64,000 nucleotides of DNA from Carpediemonas membranifera BICM (lineage: Eukaryota; Protista; Fornicata), in contig JAHDYR010000053.1 in NCBI GenBank assembly GCA_019828565.1, forward strand, positions 532,214-596,213. The letters are read 5' to 3'. The notes below the pieces were generated by a model. It was not told the origin of the DNA, searched no databases, and was given only the letters and a program-made list of their open reading frames with translations. A program made the position numbers and the translations under genes. This document shows, piece by piece, positions 11,869-23,752 of this stretch (positions within the stretch are counted from its first letter, which is position 1; every line of letters begins with the position of its first letter).

Positions 11869-13485
11869 ATGGCAGATCTCATCCTGCCAGTGAAGTCTGC
11901 GCGTTCAGGCGCGGTCATTGATACGCGTTTGCTTCCTAGCGGCAGTGTCTTCATGGCCATGTACGATAAGCAAGGCGAAAAGGAAGGAAACCTCCTCTTC
12001 ACCAACTACGTCGATCCGACTGCTACTGGCGTCGTAGAAGAAGATGCTGTGGACATGCAAGTGAAGAGCTTCGATCTAGTTACGCCCAATGTGCAAGAAC
12101 TGCTTCTTTTGGAGGGCCTTTCCCAGCCTATATACGATCTCCTCAAGGACTCCCGCACGAGGAACCCCTTCATCGTTCTGGCCGAACTGCTGCATATCAT
12201 CACTTCCGGGGACATGCAAGACAAGCTCACGCCATCTGATATCCATGCTTCGCTCCGCTTTTCTCTCCAGCTTCCCCTCTGCTCGCAGACTCTCAACGCT
12301 CTCCAGAAAATTGCCCACAAGTGCTGGCCCAAGAGCCAAGCCATGCCAAGCGACGCCAGTCTGGTGGAGGAAGAAGGGGACGAAGATGAGCGCGTAGACC
12401 TGCTCGACCAAGACGGCGTTGTCCTCGACACCATTCGGGAAATCCCGTGGCGCCAAATTGTAGACGTTATTCTGCACTCATACGAGGATGACGACGACGA
12501 CCACCGCAGAACAACGGCGTTTGAGCTGATGATGACCGTCTTCGGGCTCTGGTCCAGGATGGCTCTCAAGGCCGCGGAGGCCGAAAAGGAGGCGCAGGAA
12601 AACACAGAGGAGCCGGGTGACGCTGATACTCAGATGGCCGAGGAAGAAGATGCCGAGGCCGCAGGGAAAGAAGATGAAAAGGAGGATGACGAGGAGCCCC
12701 AATCAGAGTCGGAGTCGGAGTCGGCCTCTGACGACTCCATCGTCGAGTCAGTCCCCCCTCCCTCCGCAATGCCCCCCGCCCCAGCCCAGCCCGCCCCAGC
12801 CCCCGCCGTGCCAGCCCCGGTCGACCTCAAGGAGTTCCTTAACGGCGTCGTCCAGTACATCGCAAACGCCGTGTTCGATGTCACTCCCATCCAATCCCGC
12901 CGCGCCCTGGCTACTATCCTCGCTTTGTGCGATAACCCGGCCTTTGCTGGGTACCACCGGGCGACGAGAGAGGCGCTTAGTCAGCTTCCCGTGATGAAGG
13001 CGCTGCTCCGCATGCTCGGACAGTACAAGGCCCAGGTGTCGAGCGCTCGTGACCCCTTCAGCATCAGATTGCCCATGGATTTCGCGTGGATCCGTCCTCC
13101 GCTTGAGGAAAGATCTGATATGATGGATGTTTTGTATCTGATGGATATGGATGATGTTTTGATGAACTCAATTCCCACACGGCAGATGGCCCAGAAGCTT
13201 CGGCCGACAGTCGTGTGGCTCACTTCATTGCGCGGCGACAACCCTCATTACGATGCTATCACCCCCGTTGCCGAGCGCGTTCTTGCCAAGTTTGACGACT
13301 ACTTCAACTCGAAGAAGAAGCGCGAGACCCGCCATGACCGTAGGTCGAAAGATGGACCCAAGATCAAGCGGACAACGTCACGCCTCCCGTCGGAAGGTGG
13401 GCGGGGCCGAGGCCGTGGACGCGGCAGGGGCAGGGGCCGTGGGAGAGGCCGTGGCCGAGGGGGGTCGCGGGGCCGGCGTGAGTAG
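11869..13485 (+). CDS. Hypothetical protein with acidic middle and C-terminal RG-repeat (GAR-like) tail
   Basis: Long ORF with D/E-rich tract and terminal GRGRGRGRGRG; start codon uncertain. Confidence 0.7.
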   Translation: MADLILPVKSARSGAVIDTRLLPSGSVFMAMYDKQGEKEGNLLFTNYVDPTATGVVEEDAVDMQVKSFDLVTPNVQELLLLEGLSQPIYDLLKDSRTRNPFIVLAELLHIITSGDMQDKLTPSDIHASLRFSLQLPLCSQTLNALQKIAHKCWPKSQAMPSDASLVEEEGDEDERVDLLDQDGVVLDTIREIPWRQIVDVILHSYEDDDDDHRRTTAFELMMTVFGLWSRMALKAAEAEKEAQENTEEPGDADTQMAEEEDAEAAGKEDEKEDDEEPQSESESESASDDSIVESVPPPSAMPPAPAQPAPAPAVPAPVDLKEFLNGVVQYIANAVFDVTPIQSRRALATILALCDNPAFAGYHRATREALSQLPVMKALLRMLGQYKAQVSSARDPFSIRLPMDFAWIRPPLEERSDMMDVLYLMDMDDVLMNSIPTRQMAQKLRPTVVWLTSLRGDNPHYDAITPVAERVLAKFDDYFNSKKKRETRHDRRSKDGPKIKRTTSRLPSEGGRGRGRGRGRGRGRGRGRGRGGSRGRRE

Positions 13486-13791
13486 GCTGGTTGAGGAGTT
13501 GGTATTTATAAAGCGTCTCGCGGGAGGGTGTGGCTGCTCTTTGGGAAGAACTCGACGTGGCCAATGGTAGTACATGACAGATGCGGCGAGAATGAATGGG
13601 CCCATTCGTGGTGGACGACTGCTTTGCCGGGCGGTGATACGGCATACACGTAATCATTTGATGAGACGAGGAATGGTAGATCTACCGCGACCAAGAACCC
13701 AGGCGTTCGCTCCCTCAGCCCCTCCATTCCCTGCAGCTGGCCCACGGGTCTCCGCAAAGGCCATCGCATTTTTAGACACTTCGCGTTCGAC

Positions 13792-14430
13792 ATGTCTGAT
13801 CTGGAGGATTGGGAGAACGAGTCCTTTGACGAGGACGATTTCCTTGGAGAAATTGAGACCAAGAAGCCTGTGGCTACCAAAAAGCCTGAGCCGAAGAAGC
13901 CTGCGCGTGCCCGCGAGCAGTTTGATGGTGAACTGGCAGAAGACGACGTTGATGAGGATGATGCTAGGGCTGCTGAGATCCGCCGCATTGAGCTTGGTGC
14001 CATGGAGCAGGCCAAGGACCTTCTCGACGGCATTGACGACCGCGACGGTGCCGACATCAGTGGCATTCCCTTCGAAGAGATGGACCCCAAGACCGGCGCT
14101 GAGTTCGACAAGCTTGCTGACCTCATCTCCGCGAAGCTCCGCAACTACAACACCCGCGACAACGAGCTTCTCTTCATCCCCATGATGAAGCGCATCCTCC
14201 GCGGAGTGTTTGCCGACACCACTGACACCGATGACACGAAGGAGATGGTCGACATCTGCTCCGTCATCCACAACGAGACCGTGGACGCCAAGAAGAAGTC
14301 CCGCCGCAAGGGCAAGTCGAAGCCCAAGCCCAAGAACACCAAGGGCCGTGTCAGCGTCAACATCAGCGGCCGCGGGCCCTCTGGTCCTGTTGATGAGTTC
14401 GACGGCGTGGACGAGTACGACTTCATGTAA
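13792..14430 (+). CDS. EIF3J: Translation initiation factor eIF3 subunit J (Hcr1)
   Basis: Acidic N-terminus EDWENE, AKDLLDG, PKTGAEFDKLADLISAKL, Lys-rich segment and terminal DEYDFM. Confidence 0.85.
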   Translation: MSDLEDWENESFDEDDFLGEIETKKPVATKKPEPKKPARAREQFDGELAEDDVDEDDARAAEIRRIELGAMEQAKDLLDGIDDRDGADISGIPFEEMDPKTGAEFDKLADLISAKLRNYNTRDNELLFIPMMKRILRGVFADTTDTDDTKEMVDICSVIHNETVDAKKKSRRKGKSKPKPKNTKGRVSVNISGRGPSGPVDEFDGVDEYDFM

Positions 14431-15247
14431 ATACGAGAGACTTTGCCAGTTGGCTATGATGCCCAGGACCGGCAATGGTGGAGTTAACCCCCGTTAGGGA
14501 AATAGCTGGGGTTGTGTAGGGCTAAGTGCAGCATGCTAGTATAAAGCACGCATGAAATGTCGGCTCGCGGCATTCCCGATGCTCCCGACAACTATGGGCG
14601 GCTCGTAAGGGTGGCAGTAATCCCCAGCAGCCTCAATACGCGGCCGGCCAATGCTTGGTTTCTTGGGCCTGTTTGCGGGGTAATCTCGGCATCACCTCTC
14701 ATCCTGACCCGGCCGAGACTTCCAATCATTTGAGTGGCACTCTACGAACGTCGTCACCACAAAATCTCGTCTTGACCGAAGCCAGACCCAGTGCGGACGA
14801 GGGAGAGCCCTAGCGCAGTGTGATCGCATGGCTCGCCGAAATGCCAAGGAGCTTGGCGAGATCATTGCCCGGCCGAATCCGATCCACGATCGTGTAACGA
14901 AAATATGTGGCGAAAGATGGTTTAGAAGGCTTATAGCGAGCGTTTTGCGCTGTAATTCAACAACTTGTCAGGAAAACAGCGTAATCATGTCAATTCGCGC
15001 TTCAAAGCAACGATTCAAGGATGTCGTCGTACGAACGAAGATTCTGACCAAACGAGCATGAATCTGTTCCCAAGTTCGTTCGAATGAGACCAATCATTTC
15101 GTTTAGATGGTTTCGTCACGAGGATATTCTCACCTTTTTCTTTGAGATCTTCCACAAGGGTCAGCTGAGTTCAAAATTCCGCCATTGGCAGAATTCAGCA
15201 CTATAAATGGACATGAGCAGACGTGGGCTCGCTATGTGTCCGGTGTG

Positions 15248-16369
15248 ATGTGTGATACTGCTATAGCTTCGCCCAATCGGGTGAAAACACAAATTTCAAG
15301 TCTATTGGGAATGGCCTTAAAACGCACAAGCAAGGCCGAGCGTGTTGTTTTGCCCGTACAAATGGGCAAGCACGAAGATAGGTCATCACGCCATCAACAC
15401 GGCCAGAAACATGTCGAACCCGCTTCTCGGCCGGTGATCGAAGGTGTTGGTCATCGACAAAGCAGCATTTGGACTGAGGAACCACGTTTACCATCGATAA
15501 GCACTCCGTCATCCACACTCAAGGCTTTCAACAAGATTATTGACGAGCTTCCCATGGTTCCAATAGACAAAGGGGCAATTCGATTCAACAAGCTCTTGGT
15601 CCTGGATCTAGACCAGACGATCCTCGATTTCCGTGGCGTTGACCGCACTACGACTGACCAGCCGTCCACAGTCTTCAGGCCGCACATGATCCGCCTCTTC
15701 AGCGTTATTCGAAAGTGCTATGACGTCGGAATATGGTCGATGTCGAGCCCAGCCTCTCTTCGACACAAGCTCCAGTGTCTGGAGCTCAGCCGCTACGGTA
15801 TACGACCAGTCTTCGCTCTGTCTCGCACCATTGCCCTTCAATGCTCCTTTCGCTCAGCCAAGGGCGTGAACGGCATGTATTTCGCTAAGCCACTCCGTTA
15901 CATTACCCGCCTATGCCCAATGTATTCTGAGGACAACATCCTGTACCTAGACGATAACCCGCTCGCCCTAACCCTCTCTTTCGGCAAGGCGCTGCTCATC
16001 CGACCATGGTACCGAGAGTGCCCCCGAACCGACGACCAGTACGGGTTTAATCCATCGCTAGGCGAGGCGGACACCGAGCTGCTTCATCTGGCGTATTATC
16101 TCATATACCACAAGGACGCGAATAGCCTCAAGGGCGTCGCTTCGTCCACGTGGCATGATAAGGCGCACAAGATGTTGAAGCACTGCCAAAAGGTCGCCAG
16201 CCTCCGCCATAACCGAAAGGTAGCTCTCCAAGAAGGCCACGCTGTCTCCAAGGAGGGCAAGGGCGAGCTTATCGAGAACGACGACGATGATCTCGAAAGC
16301 CCGGAGCCCACAGGCCTCGAGAACTCATCGCCGAACCTACCGACTTTCTCCTCCGTTCACAGGGGGTAG
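15248..16369 (+). CDS. NIF/FCP1-family HAD phosphatase (UBLCP1-like catalytic domain)
   Basis: KLLVLDLDQTI (DxDxT), FRPH, YDVGIWS, KPL, ILYLDD, DTELLHLAYYL; start uncertain. Confidence 0.85.
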   Translation: MCDTAIASPNRVKTQISSLLGMALKRTSKAERVVLPVQMGKHEDRSSRHQHGQKHVEPASRPVIEGVGHRQSSIWTEEPRLPSISTPSSTLKAFNKIIDELPMVPIDKGAIRFNKLLVLDLDQTILDFRGVDRTTTDQPSTVFRPHMIRLFSVIRKCYDVGIWSMSSPASLRHKLQCLELSRYGIRPVFALSRTIALQCSFRSAKGVNGMYFAKPLRYITRLCPMYSEDNILYLDDNPLALTLSFGKALLIRPWYRECPRTDDQYGFNPSLGEADTELLHLAYYLIYHKDANSLKGVASSTWHDKAHKMLKHCQKVASLRHNRKVALQEGHAVSKEGKGELIENDDDDLESPEPTGLENSSPNLPTFSSVHRG

Positions 16370-16906
16370 ACATAGAATCTGACACGAGATTTTAGCGCGC
16401 TGGGGTCAAATCCTCGACGCTTATCCGAACTTGCTTGCTCGACACGCCTTGGTTACTTTTACGAAGGATCTTGGCCTCTAGTCGAGCAGGTGAGATGTAT
16501 CCTATTTATCAAGTCATATATAACATCCTAGAGCCCATGGGCATTGTAGAATTGTGCTATACCATATCGTTTATTTATTCCATAAATTACGCATTGCGGT
16601 TGGTCGAATCTTTGGCTGATATGACTGAATCAAAGAGAATGAGACACACGACTGATACTCCTCCCTACAAAGTAGCTTACAGCCGCGCCACCGAGGTGCT
16701 TCATCCGCCCAATCACTGGGCATCGCCATCGTGTCAGCCTTGATTGATCCGGCGTGCAAGGGTTATTGCCAAGTTGCAAGGGACGGAACCCGGGTCAGAG
16801 GCCTTGCTTGGTGGAATGCCGACTCATTTATGTGTATTGGACTGCATTTACGTCAGCGCTGATGTGGCGCCTGTCAGCACAACTCAATCGACTTTGCCAA
16901 GAACGA

Positions 16907-18268
16907 ATGATGAAAGTACGCAGCGGAGCGCTTGTTCTGCTATGTCTTGTAGTATTTAGTGTTCAATTGGAGCGCTTGTGCGGCCAGCACGTTGACGACG
17001 CTGTCTGCGTTGTAGATGACGCTGACGCAGCAAATGCTGACGTTATCCAAGTTCTAAGCAACCTAGTGGTGCGTTAACCAATCCCTAATCACCCCTTTAC
17101 CCAGAAAACCAAGTACTTCCGCACATTCAAGGTGGACTACCTCCGCGAGTGCCCTTTCTGGGAATCAGACTTCCAGTGCGGCATTGACGGCGGCGGAGCT
17201 TGCCACGTCAGCGAGTGCGACGATGCGGAGATCCCTCTGATCTTCCAGGAGTGCAAGGACGTACCCGCTTCGCCATGGGGCCGCGTAATCCCCGAGGCCG
17301 GCGTCCACGGCTGGGCTGACGGCGACAACGGCGTATGGTGTGACTGTGAGGGCTCAGACGCTGTGTACATCGATCTCCTGAAGAACCCCGACTCCTTCAC
17401 CGGCTACTCTGGGCAGGACGCCACTCGCGTTTGGATGGCCCTTTATAACGAGAACTGTTTCGGCGACACCACGAGCATCGAAGAGCAATGCCTCGAGAAC
17501 CGCGTGTTCTATCGCCTCATCTCTTCTTTCCACGGCATCACGACAATGTCAATCTGCAAGGACGGTGAGCGCCTCGACATGTTCAAGTGGCGCCTGGCCA
17601 TGTTCCCGGATCGTCTCAAAAACATTTACTTCACGTATCTCGTTCTCATTAACGCCGCTACGAAGGCGCAGGAGACTATCTCCGCAATGGACATGAGCGT
17701 GGGCACTGCTGAGGACGTCAAGGTCAAGGAGTTCATCGACGAGTTCTATGCAATCGACGGGCTTGCCGAACTTGCTGGCGCATTCAACTTTGACGACATC
17801 AAATCCATTTCCGGACTCGAGCAGGAATACATGCACAAGTGGCAGAACATCAGTCGTGTGGTCGACTGCACCGGGTGCGAGAAGTGCAAGATCCACGCCA
17901 AGCTGACCCTCCTCGGCATCGGCACTGGCCTCAAGATCCTATTCTCCGACGACTCCACTGATCTTTCCCTCAAGCACAACGAGGTCATTGCTCTCTTCAA
18001 CACCATCTACAAGTACTCTGAATCTGTTGCTCTCATCCACGACTGGCTCGACTTCCTCGTGAGTCAGGAGGAGGAGACGGAGTCGACCCAGCTTGAGACT
18101 GATCCCGTGATTGAAGAGCTCGGTGCGGCTGACGGCTATGGGCCTGCCCCGGACAGCCTGGTGATTCCGGTGATGCTGGGCGGGATGATGCTCACAGGGG
18201 TGCTGATCGCTGGACTGAAGCACGCCGGTCGGAGAGGGAGAGGCCGTGGAGAGAAGAAGAGCCAGTGA
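16907..18268 (+). CDS. ERO1: ER oxidoreductin 1 (2 exons; intron 17069-17104)
   Basis: Signal-peptide exon joined by a 36-bp GTGCGT..TTTACCCAG intron to KTKYFRTFKVDYLRECPFW; YIDLLKNPDSFTGYSG, CLENRVFYRLISSFH, NISRVVDCTGCEKCKIHAKL (CxxCxxC). Confidence 0.93.
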
Positions 18269-18437
18269 GGCTTATGTGGTCGACTGTAAATACTGTGAGG
18301 TGGGGCTAGCTGGGGGTCTGCAGAGCTTTCTCGGTCTGCACGAGCAAAAACGTATGATCAGCCTTGAACTCGACTGATTCAAACTTGAAGGTCCATATAT
18401 AAATGAAAAGTCTGCACTCTTAACACAAATACTTGCG

Positions 18438-20072
18438 TTGAGAACTACTAATACTGCTGAGAGAGCGTCATACCGGCCCGTTCTTCCATCGAGCAGTTTA
18501 TGTCACAACGAGCTGCACCAAGCGCCGTCCATGGAGAAATTCCAGAATCAAGCGCTGTACGAGAAGGGGGCAACCGTATTCAGTTCTGATACCGGTCTTG
18601 CGCTCATGAAAGCCACGGATATGCTTCTCCAGAGGAAGAACGACTCAGAAATCAACCCCTACCTCAATGAAGCGCTAATTGCACTTGAAAGTACAATGAG
18701 AACCCTATATGATGACAATATTGATTGCGCGTTCGACGTTATCGAGCTCTTGGCGAAGAACTCGCTTGCTCTTTCCATGGAGGCCAACGCATTCCTCGCA
18801 CCAGTCCAGCGAGCCGTTGCCCAGCCCATGACAGACGCCCTAGTTGCCCTCCTCCACTCTGGCCGCGCGGACCCCTCCTCATTCGTCATGCTCCGGCCCG
18901 ACGGGTCGTTCCACCTGGACATCTCCAAAGCTCCCCCATTCCTGCGGCAAAAGAAGGAATGGCTCCACCACCTCATGGCCCTTGGCAAGACTACACGCGC
19001 CTTGTGCTCGCTAGGCATCCCTGTCACTTGGTCCGAGATCCCCGCCGACTTTGATTTACTCAGTCTCGGGTCGGTCAGACAGCTCATGGAGAGGACAGAG
19101 GCAGACCTCAAGGCCGTGTTCAAGGCTAACCCGCCCTTCTTCCAGGGGCTAAGAGCTGAAGTCGGGTTTTTGGCGAGAGTGTATCTTAATTCAGACGGCG
19201 TTGTCAATGATTTCATATCTGCTGGATATAAGGAGCTGTTCTTGAGGAAAGGATCGGATTCGACCGCTCTGATATGGCATCTCCGGCATACACTTGTCAC
19301 TCACGGCGTCGATGACAACCATGTGGCAAGAATCAAGTTGACCGTCCTTGGAAATGAGTCAAAATCCGACTCACTCTTCGTTGCACCAGATTACACCGTG
19401 GATCCATACAGTTTCAGCTCGCTCCTGATCACTCCTGACACAATCTTGGCTTTCCGTCGTATCTTTTCGACTATTTTCTCGACCCGCGCCACTTTGGAGA
19501 AGCTCACCCGACTCGATAAGATCGTGCGTGTGCTATATCGTACCGTACCGCATCACACACTCCGCCGTATCTCCCTTGACCGTCACAAGCTCGTGTCATT
19601 GACACAACGTATCCTTCTTTTCATGCAGCAAGAGTGCGCTGCAGCGGTCAAGAACATGGATCGTGTTGTATCTTCAGCCGAATCTTCCGGTCGAGTTTCT
19701 GGCATTGGAGAGTGTCAGTGCCGGATTGCCCTGGGTCTGGTCCAACGAACATTTACAATCAGCGGGCTCGGCCAGGATAGGAGCGATCATACCGTCATAT
19801 CACGGACCTTTTCAGTGATGCTAGCTACGATCAGATCGTACGCTTTGATTGGAAACCGGTTGGGGCTTATCGATCCAGCCACTGCGAGCGAGGAATATGT
19901 GGCCATGCAGCTCCCCTCTGAGAAGATGCTGAGCTTGCCCACCCATGCAGTAGACCATGCCAGGTCAGCTGTGACCTCTCTGCGGCGTTACGTGGCGTCT
20001 GTGAAGGATGTGGGGCACTGCGACCGGATCCAGACGCTAGCGGGGGATCTGGAGGCCATATGCGGTGTGTGA
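18438..20072 (+). CDS. Divergent gamma-tubulin complex component (Spc97/Spc98/GCP family)
   Basis: C-half pattern FLARVYLNSDG..F..GYKEL..DYTVDP..LLIT...FRRIFSTIF..RHKLVSLTQRILLFMQ resembles the GCP C-terminal domain; 5' end uncertain. Confidence 0.55.
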   Translation: MRTTNTAERASYRPVLPSSSLCHNELHQAPSMEKFQNQALYEKGATVFSSDTGLALMKATDMLLQRKNDSEINPYLNEALIALESTMRTLYDDNIDCAFDVIELLAKNSLALSMEANAFLAPVQRAVAQPMTDALVALLHSGRADPSSFVMLRPDGSFHLDISKAPPFLRQKKEWLHHLMALGKTTRALCSLGIPVTWSEIPADFDLLSLGSVRQLMERTEADLKAVFKANPPFFQGLRAEVGFLARVYLNSDGVVNDFISAGYKELFLRKGSDSTALIWHLRHTLVTHGVDDNHVARIKLTVLGNESKSDSLFVAPDYTVDPYSFSSLLITPDTILAFRRIFSTIFSTRATLEKLTRLDKIVRVLYRTVPHHTLRRISLDRHKLVSLTQRILLFMQQECAAAVKNMDRVVSSAESSGRVSGIGECQCRIALGLVQRTFTISGLGQDRSDHTVISRTFSVMLATIRSYALIGNRLGLIDPATASEEYVAMQLPSEKMLSLPTHAVDHARSAVTSLRRYVASVKDVGHCDRIQTLAGDLEAICGV

Positions 20073-20345
20073 TGGTGCTGGCATGTAGTTTAAAACCTTC
20101 GGGGCTTACGGGGCATATATGGTTGAGTTGGGTTGGGTGGAGAGAAGCTCTCTCCATGTAACACTTGGGGTTTGAGTGAGAATCAAGTCAACCCCGGCCT
20201 GACCTCCGCTCGGCTAAGTTTATGGCGCTTCTCTCCGGACTGCCGGACTCGTTGTGACTCTGGACCCTGATTTGACCAGCATTGACGGTCCTTGAACGGT
20301 CCGGAATTTTCTTGTGCAACTTTGACAACAAGGTCAGCGTTTCTC

Positions 20346-21833
20346 ATGCTCAGCGCTCTTACTTCCCTCAACAAGGCGGCTAGCCTCGCTAATTCCAACA
20401 TTGGGGCCTCTTTTGCCGTTCTTTCCCGAAGCTTTTCCATTGGAAACGATCACATCCGCGAATCCGATCCTGCTGTGCACAACCTGATCGAGCTTGAGAA
20501 GGAGCGCCAGTTCCATGGTCTTGAGCTCATTGCTAGCGAGAACTTCACCTCTCGTGCCGTTCTCGAGGCCCTCGGCTCCCCTCTCACCAACAAGTACTCC
20601 GAAGGCTACCCCTCCAAGCGCTACTACGGCGGCAACCAGGTCATCGACCAGATCGAGGTTCTGTGCCAGGACCGTGCCCTTGAGACCTTCGCCCTGAGCC
20701 CTGACGAGTGGGGTGTGAATGTTCAGCCCTACTCTGGTTCCCCCGCCAACTTTGAGGCATATACTGCTGTCCTCCAGCCCCACGACCGTATCATGGGCCT
20801 CAACCTCCCCGAGGGCGGCCACCTGACTCATGGCTTCTACACTCCCAGCAAGCGCATCTCGGCCACGTCTATTTACTTCGAGTCGCTGCCGTACCACCTT
20901 GATCTCGCCACCGGCCTCATCGACTACGACGCGCTCGAGAAGTCTGCCCTGGACTACCGTCCCAAGCTTCTCATCGTTGGCGCCTCTGCCTACCCCCGCC
21001 AGATTGACTATGCCCGCATGCGAGAGATTGCCGACAAGGTTGGCGCCTACCTCCTTTGCGATATGGCTCACATCGCCGGTCTTGTCGCCACTGAGACCAT
21101 CAACGACCCCTTCCCTTACTGCGATCTTGTGACCACAACTACCCACAAGACACTCCGCGGTCCCCGCGCCGGCATGATTTTCTTCCGCAAGGGTGTTAGA
21201 AAAATGACCAAGAAGGGCGAGAATGTCATGTACGATCTCGAGACCAGAGTCAACCAGGCTGTCTTCCCATCCCTCCAAGGCGGCCCCCACAACAACGTCA
21301 TTGCCGGCATCGCTGTTGCTCTCAAGGAGGCGCAGTCGGCCGACTTCAAGGAATATCAGGTCCAGGTCTGCGCCAACGCCAAGGCTCTGGCTGACAGGCT
21401 CATGGTTCACGGCTACAAGCTCGTGAGCGACGGCACAGACAACCACTTGATGCTCATCGATCTCAACAAGTCAAAGGTCAGCGTCGACGGTGCCAGGGCC
21501 GAGAAGGTCCTCGAGATGGCCCACATCACTGTCAACAAGAACAGCGTCCCCGGCGACAAGTCTGCCCTCGTGCCCGGTGGTATGAGGCTCGGTACCCCAG
21601 CCCTGACGTCTAGAGGCATGGACGCCGCGGATATGAAGCAGGTGGCGGATTTCATCCACCGAGGCGTGAGCATCGCTCGTGATGTGCAGGCTGCGAGCAA
21701 GAGCAAGAACCTCAAGGGCTTTACTGCGGCGCTCAAGGGCAACACTGACATCCAGATCCTTGGCGAGGAGGTCAAGCAGTTTTCGAAGAAGTTCAAGATC
21801 CCCGGCTTCACCCAGGAGGAGATCGACCTGTAG
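20346..21833 (+). CDS. SHMT: Serine hydroxymethyltransferase with N-terminal organellar presequence
   Basis: [51 protein letters not shown] (PLP Lys); presequence [14 protein letters not shown]...LSRSF. Confidence 0.97.
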   Translation: MLSALTSLNKAASLANSNIGASFAVLSRSFSIGNDHIRESDPAVHNLIELEKERQFHGLELIASENFTSRAVLEALGSPLTNKYSEGYPSKRYYGGNQVIDQIEVLCQDRALETFALSPDEWGVNVQPYSGSPANFEAYTAVLQPHDRIMGLNLPEGGHLTHGFYTPSKRISATSIYFESLPYHLDLATGLIDYDALEKSALDYRPKLLIVGASAYPRQIDYARMREIADKVGAYLLCDMAHIAGLVATETINDPFPYCDLVTTTTHKTLRGPRAGMIFFRKGVRKMTKKGENVMYDLETRVNQAVFPSLQGGPHNNVIAGIAVALKEAQSADFKEYQVQVCANAKALADRLMVHGYKLVSDGTDNHLMLIDLNKSKVSVDGARAEKVLEMAHITVNKNSVPGDKSALVPGGMRLGTPALTSRGMDAADMKQVADFIHRGVSIARDVQAASKSKNLKGFTAALKGNTDIQILGEEVKQFSKKFKIPGFTQEEIDL

Positions 21834-21846
21834 ATAAAGTATGACT

Positions 21847-22295
21847 TTAGCGTGAGTCACTTTGCTTACTGGGTTGACGGGTGTGGCTTGGGTTCTTTTC
21901 ACGGGTGGTACAAATGGAGACGGCGCCGCTGTGTGTTGACTTCACTGCAGCTTGGCAGCGTGACCGTTCGACCGAGATCTTGATGATGTCTGGCCCCTCA
22001 AAAGATTCGCTGACCACAAGATCGTACTTGCCGGATTCCATTGCCTTGGCGATCTTGTCAAGCTTACGATTGGTCTGAGTGATGGGTCTAAAGATCTTGA
22101 GATAATCGCTGTTGTCAGGATCGAGGTCCATTGCTCTCCGAGCAAGCTTGTACGCTGACTGCACGTCGCCCAAATGTGCCATGTTGTTGTGGTCTGTTTA
22201 CATAAACTGCGGCAGGGTGAGTTAGTGGAGTCGATCAGGGTGACTTCAATGACTCGACACAAGAGCATCTTGCCCTGGATAAAACGTAAAGTCAA
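21847..22295 (-). pseudogene. TPR fragment resembling DNAJC3/P58IPK, frameshifted and truncated
   Basis: IDSTNSPCRSL / HLGDVQSAYKLARRAMDLDPDN..NRKLDKIAKAMESGKY..ERSRCQA..AVSIC follows the TPR order of DNAJC3; no J domain; frame break near 22200. Confidence 0.45.
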
Positions 22296-22481
22296 GTAAA
22301 TGCTCTACCGTAAATTTCTTTCTTTCATTGGCTTCAAACCTGCGTCAAGCAGATTGCTTGAGATGACTATACACCCGACCCGATCGGCGTCTGATGGATC
22401 CCACTGTTCCTGAAGCTAGTGTGATAACGAGAGAAGATTTATGGGTGACTTCTTCAAGGCCATTCGCTCAGGCAGCACAGG

Positions 22482-23400
22482 TCAAGCTGGGCGATTGAGG
22501 GACTCGATGCAATGTGATGGTCTTGCCACAGCCACAGAGCAGGGTCGACCCGTCCGGGGAGAAGGCGAGGCTGAACACCATGTTATCACACTTGATTGTA
22601 TGGTAGCACTCGCGGCTCTCGGTATTCCACAGCTTGATGGTCTTGTCCAGTGACCCGGATGCGAGGACCCTGCCGTCAGTCGGTGAGAAGGCGACACAAC
22701 AGAATCATGGCCAGTGAGAGGTTTGCCGACGCACTTCCAGGTCCTGGTTTCCCAGAGTTTGATAGTCTTATCGTACGACCCAGAGGCCAGCAGAGCGCCG
22801 TCCGAGGAGATGGCGAGACTGAGATCATCACGATCACCAGTGTGCCCTCCAGAGTCTTCACGAGATTGCCGCACTGAGTTTCACACACGGGTGATGGCGG
22901 CGGAGCTTTCACCTCCGTACTCCAACTGCAGACACTTGTCGGTGTCAAGGTCCCACAATTTGACTTATATAGCCCATAGACTGTCCCATCCTCGCATCCG
23001 GACAGCAGCTTGTTGTTGGCGTCTGGTGAGAAGGCGAGGCTGTGGATAGGTGCCTTCAGTCATCGTTTCAGTTCCGCTGTATTCACCATCAGAGTTAAAG
23101 TGTTCAACGTATTCAAAACAATATGAGAGGTGTTCCGCATCACCACTGTGCCCCTCGAGTCTTAGGCTAGACTTAGGCACTCGTGTGCCATCCGCCTCAT
23201 ACAACTGGATTTCCCCACACTCGTAACCTAATGCGATCAGCCCCTTATTGGATACAGCAATGATGCTAACAGGTCCGCCATCGCCGCTGTGTTCCCGCTT
23301 ACCTATACATAGGCCGCTCTTGTCCCAAAGCTTGACTTCTCTGCCGGCTGCAGTGAGAATGAGGTGGTCGGTCAGGAAGGCGTTGACATTTTGACGGCTA
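22482..23400 (-). pseudogene. Disrupted WD40-family paralogue
   Basis: AFLTDHLILTAAGREVKLWDKSGLCIGK and LASGSYDKTIKLW; ~22500-22715 is nearly identical to 55710-55930 but lacks 4 bp (TAGA), causing a frameshift. Confidence 0.8.
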
Positions 23401-23519
23401 TGACAGATCCGTTGTTATGCCACTTGCGTATCGGACCAAACTCTGTTGTCTCGTCGGACATCGCTTGGTACCTCGCTAGAGGAGACGCCTCAGTGCGGAT
23501 TTAGACTTCTTCTTCTTGT

Positions 23520-23710
23520 CATGGCGCACTCGCGGCTCTCAGTGTTCCACAGCTTGATGGTCTTGTCAAAAGACCCAGAGGCGAGGGTCCTGCCGTCAGG
23601 TGAGAAGGCGATGCTGTTGATAGAAAAGTGGTGCCCAGTGAGAGGTTCGCCAACACACTTCCAGGTCTCGGTGTCACAGTCATTGAGGGTCTTCTTCCAG
23701 AGTCTGACGG
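23520..23710 (-). pseudogene. WD40-family fragment
   Basis: TVRLWKKTLNDCDTETWKCVGEPLTGHHFSINSIAFSPDGRTLASGSFDKTIKLWNTESREC, paralogous to the C-terminus of 55694-58648. Confidence 0.8.
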
Positions 23711-23752
23711 TCTATTATTACCGAAAACAACGTCAATATGTCATTATTACCT

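Noticed and set aside
14431-15184. Possible ncRNA in the long intergenic gap
   Set aside because: No tRNA, snRNA or snoRNA signature recognisable by eye; needs an Infernal/Rfam search
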